A stretch of 64,000 bases of DNA from an uncultured candidate division Zixibacteria bacterium. Lineage in GTDB: Bacteria > Zixibacteria > MSB-5A5 > UBA10806. The notes beneath the pieces are model-generated. The model was not told the origin of the DNA. It saw nothing but the letters and a program-made list of their open reading frames with translations, and did no database searches. A program made the position numbers and the translations under genes. Every line of letters begins with the position of its first letter. Position 1 is the stretch's first letter. This document shows, piece after piece, positions 62,732 to 64,000 of the stretch. The DNA is taken from positions 1,632,001-1,696,000 of the forward strand of contig CAWDFP010000006.1 in assembly GCA_963801605.1 (NCBI GenBank), given 5' to 3'.

Positions 62732-63276
62732 TCTCCATGAAAAAGAGACTGCTAATCGCAATTATACTGCTATCTTTTGTTCTCATGGGGCCGGCCCTGG
62801 CGGTCAAGAGAGTCTCCAAAAGCGGTGACCAGGCCACAGAACAAAAACAGGGCGCAACTACTGACAACCAGGCGCCCGATAAAACTACTCCTCCTCCGGA
62901 GCGTCGTCAGGAAGGCAACAAGGACAATCAACAGCCGTCACAGCCCCAGCAGCCGCCGGGAAATGGGGGCAAAGATAGCTTTATTGATAGAGACGGCGAT
63001 GGCATTAATGACAATCTGAAAAAGCCGCCTGAGACCGTTAAAAGAAAGCATGAAAGCCATCATGAAAAAGCCAGCGCGGCGGCGGCACGGTGCAGCCGGA
63101 AAAAGATCGAAGGTCGCGTTAAGGCGCGGCTAACAGGTGTATCTGCCTCCAAAGGCCCCGTCTATCATGTACGGGGCCTTAAACTTTTGGGGAATAGAGT
63201 TGACAAGACGGCTTCAAATGAGGATAATTATATTAACATAAGATACCGGGTCGTAGCGATATTTAAGGATATTTAG
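62728..63276 (+). CDS. Secreted low-complexity hypothetical protein with an EF-hand-like motif
   Basis: Signal peptide, FIDRDGDGIND; true stop may be TAA at 63122 after a frameshift in the A run near 63067. Confidence 0.6.
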   Translation: MISMKKRLLIAIILLSFVLMGPALAVKRVSKSGDQATEQKQGATTDNQAPDKTTPPPERRQEGNKDNQQPSQPQQPPGNGGKDSFIDRDGDGINDNLKKPPETVKRKHESHHEKASAAAARCSRKKIEGRVKARLTGVSASKGPVYHVRGLKLLGNRVDKTASNEDNYINIRYRVVAIFKDI

Positions 63277-63479
63277 CGTATCGGGAAATTGCGGGGCTTG
63301 ATATACTCAAATCATACGTTCTGACCGGTTGTGTGGAACAGCTAACGTATTTATATCGTTAGATTAATTAGAACAATTAAATAGGCAGTTTTACTGAAGA
63401 GTTATTTCAAATTCGGGTGTTTTCGAAAAAGCTCAGTTGATAAAAAGCAACCACTAACAGATATGAAAGATGCGATAAT

Positions 63480-64000
63480 ATGCGAATGGCAAAATATATA
63501 GTAATAGTTTTATTTGGACTGTTATTGGCGTGCGGCGGAGTGGCCAAACGAAATATACAACCGGCAACTCCCAAAACAGCCGACAGTTTTGCATCCTACA
63601 ACGCTTACGAACATTTCATTCAGGGCGATCTTTACGAACAGGCCGGCGATCTGGACAATGCCGTTATTGAGTACCGCAAAGCGTTGATACTCGATCCGGG
63701 TTCGGTTACAATTCGGCGAACGCTCTCCGAAATTTATTTCGATCAGAAAAAATATGACGATGCCGCTATTCTGCGTTCCGAGATAACTGAAAAGAATGTC
63801 GATGATTATAATTTTATAGGCGATTGCCTGCGCTATAACAAAGATCTCGAGAGTTCAGCCAAATTTTATATGCGTTCCCTCGATCTGGATTCAACCCAGT
63901 ATATGACTCGGTCGTATGTAGCCAGAATAATGCAATATCTGGGAAAAGAAAAAGAAGCCGAGAAGGAATATAAAATTCTGGTTAACTACGCCCCCAGCAA
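63480..64000 (+). CDS. TPR lipoprotein (runs off the window end)
   Basis: Manual translation MRMAKYIVIVLFGLLLAC...AYEHFIQGDLYEQAGDLDNAVIEYRKALILDP. Confidence 0.8.
   Translation, partial: MRMAKYIVIVLFGLLLACGGVAKRNIQPATPKTADSFASYNAYEHFIQGDLYEQAGDLDNAVIEYRKALILDPGSVTIRRTLSEIYFDQKKYDDAAILRSEITEKNVDDYNFIGDCLRYNKDLESSAKFYMRSLDLDSTQYMTRSYVARIMQYLGKEKEAEKEYKILVNYAPS

Noticed and set aside
63230..63470. Riboswitch or ncRNA upstream of the TPR gene
   Set aside because: No recognisable motif or convincing stems by eye; an Rfam search would be needed.

Overview
Bacterial chromosomal window, roughly 45-50% GC by eye, probably from an FCB-group organism. Candidate division Zixibacteria is my guess, inferred from PorX and from 'LSQNYPNPFN' T9SS-type sorting tails. 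1-28.9 kb is a co-oriented housekeeping and envelope block: GDPD, K+ channel, tmk, CtpA, a polysaccharide locus with WbpB/D/E/I-like genes, gmhB, serS, a kinase plus porX, tsaE, tsaB, rimI, accD and folC. 29-47.5 kb is a variable region with four tRNAs (Arg-TCG, Gly-GCC, Cys-GCA, Leu-TAA), many single accessory genes, a low-GC two-gene transmembrane + TIR locus (candidate Thoeris-like defence system), glyA/rpiB/ilvE and many REP-like hairpins. 47.5-64 kb holds aspA/fumC, an HD-MFS-PHP operon, a sigma54 two-component system, two T9SS-tail cargo genes and a sigma54-promoted lipoprotein operon. More than a dozen single-base frameshifts, several in essential genes, look like long-read indel errors rather than pseudogenes. 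The most notable sequence pattern: accessory genes sit between an intact gene and a stranded, diverged copy of that gene's 3' end (glyA; the sigma54 regulator) or between duplicated promoters. The 3'-end copies lie next to GTAG-type hairpins, which suggests a recurring gene-capture process.
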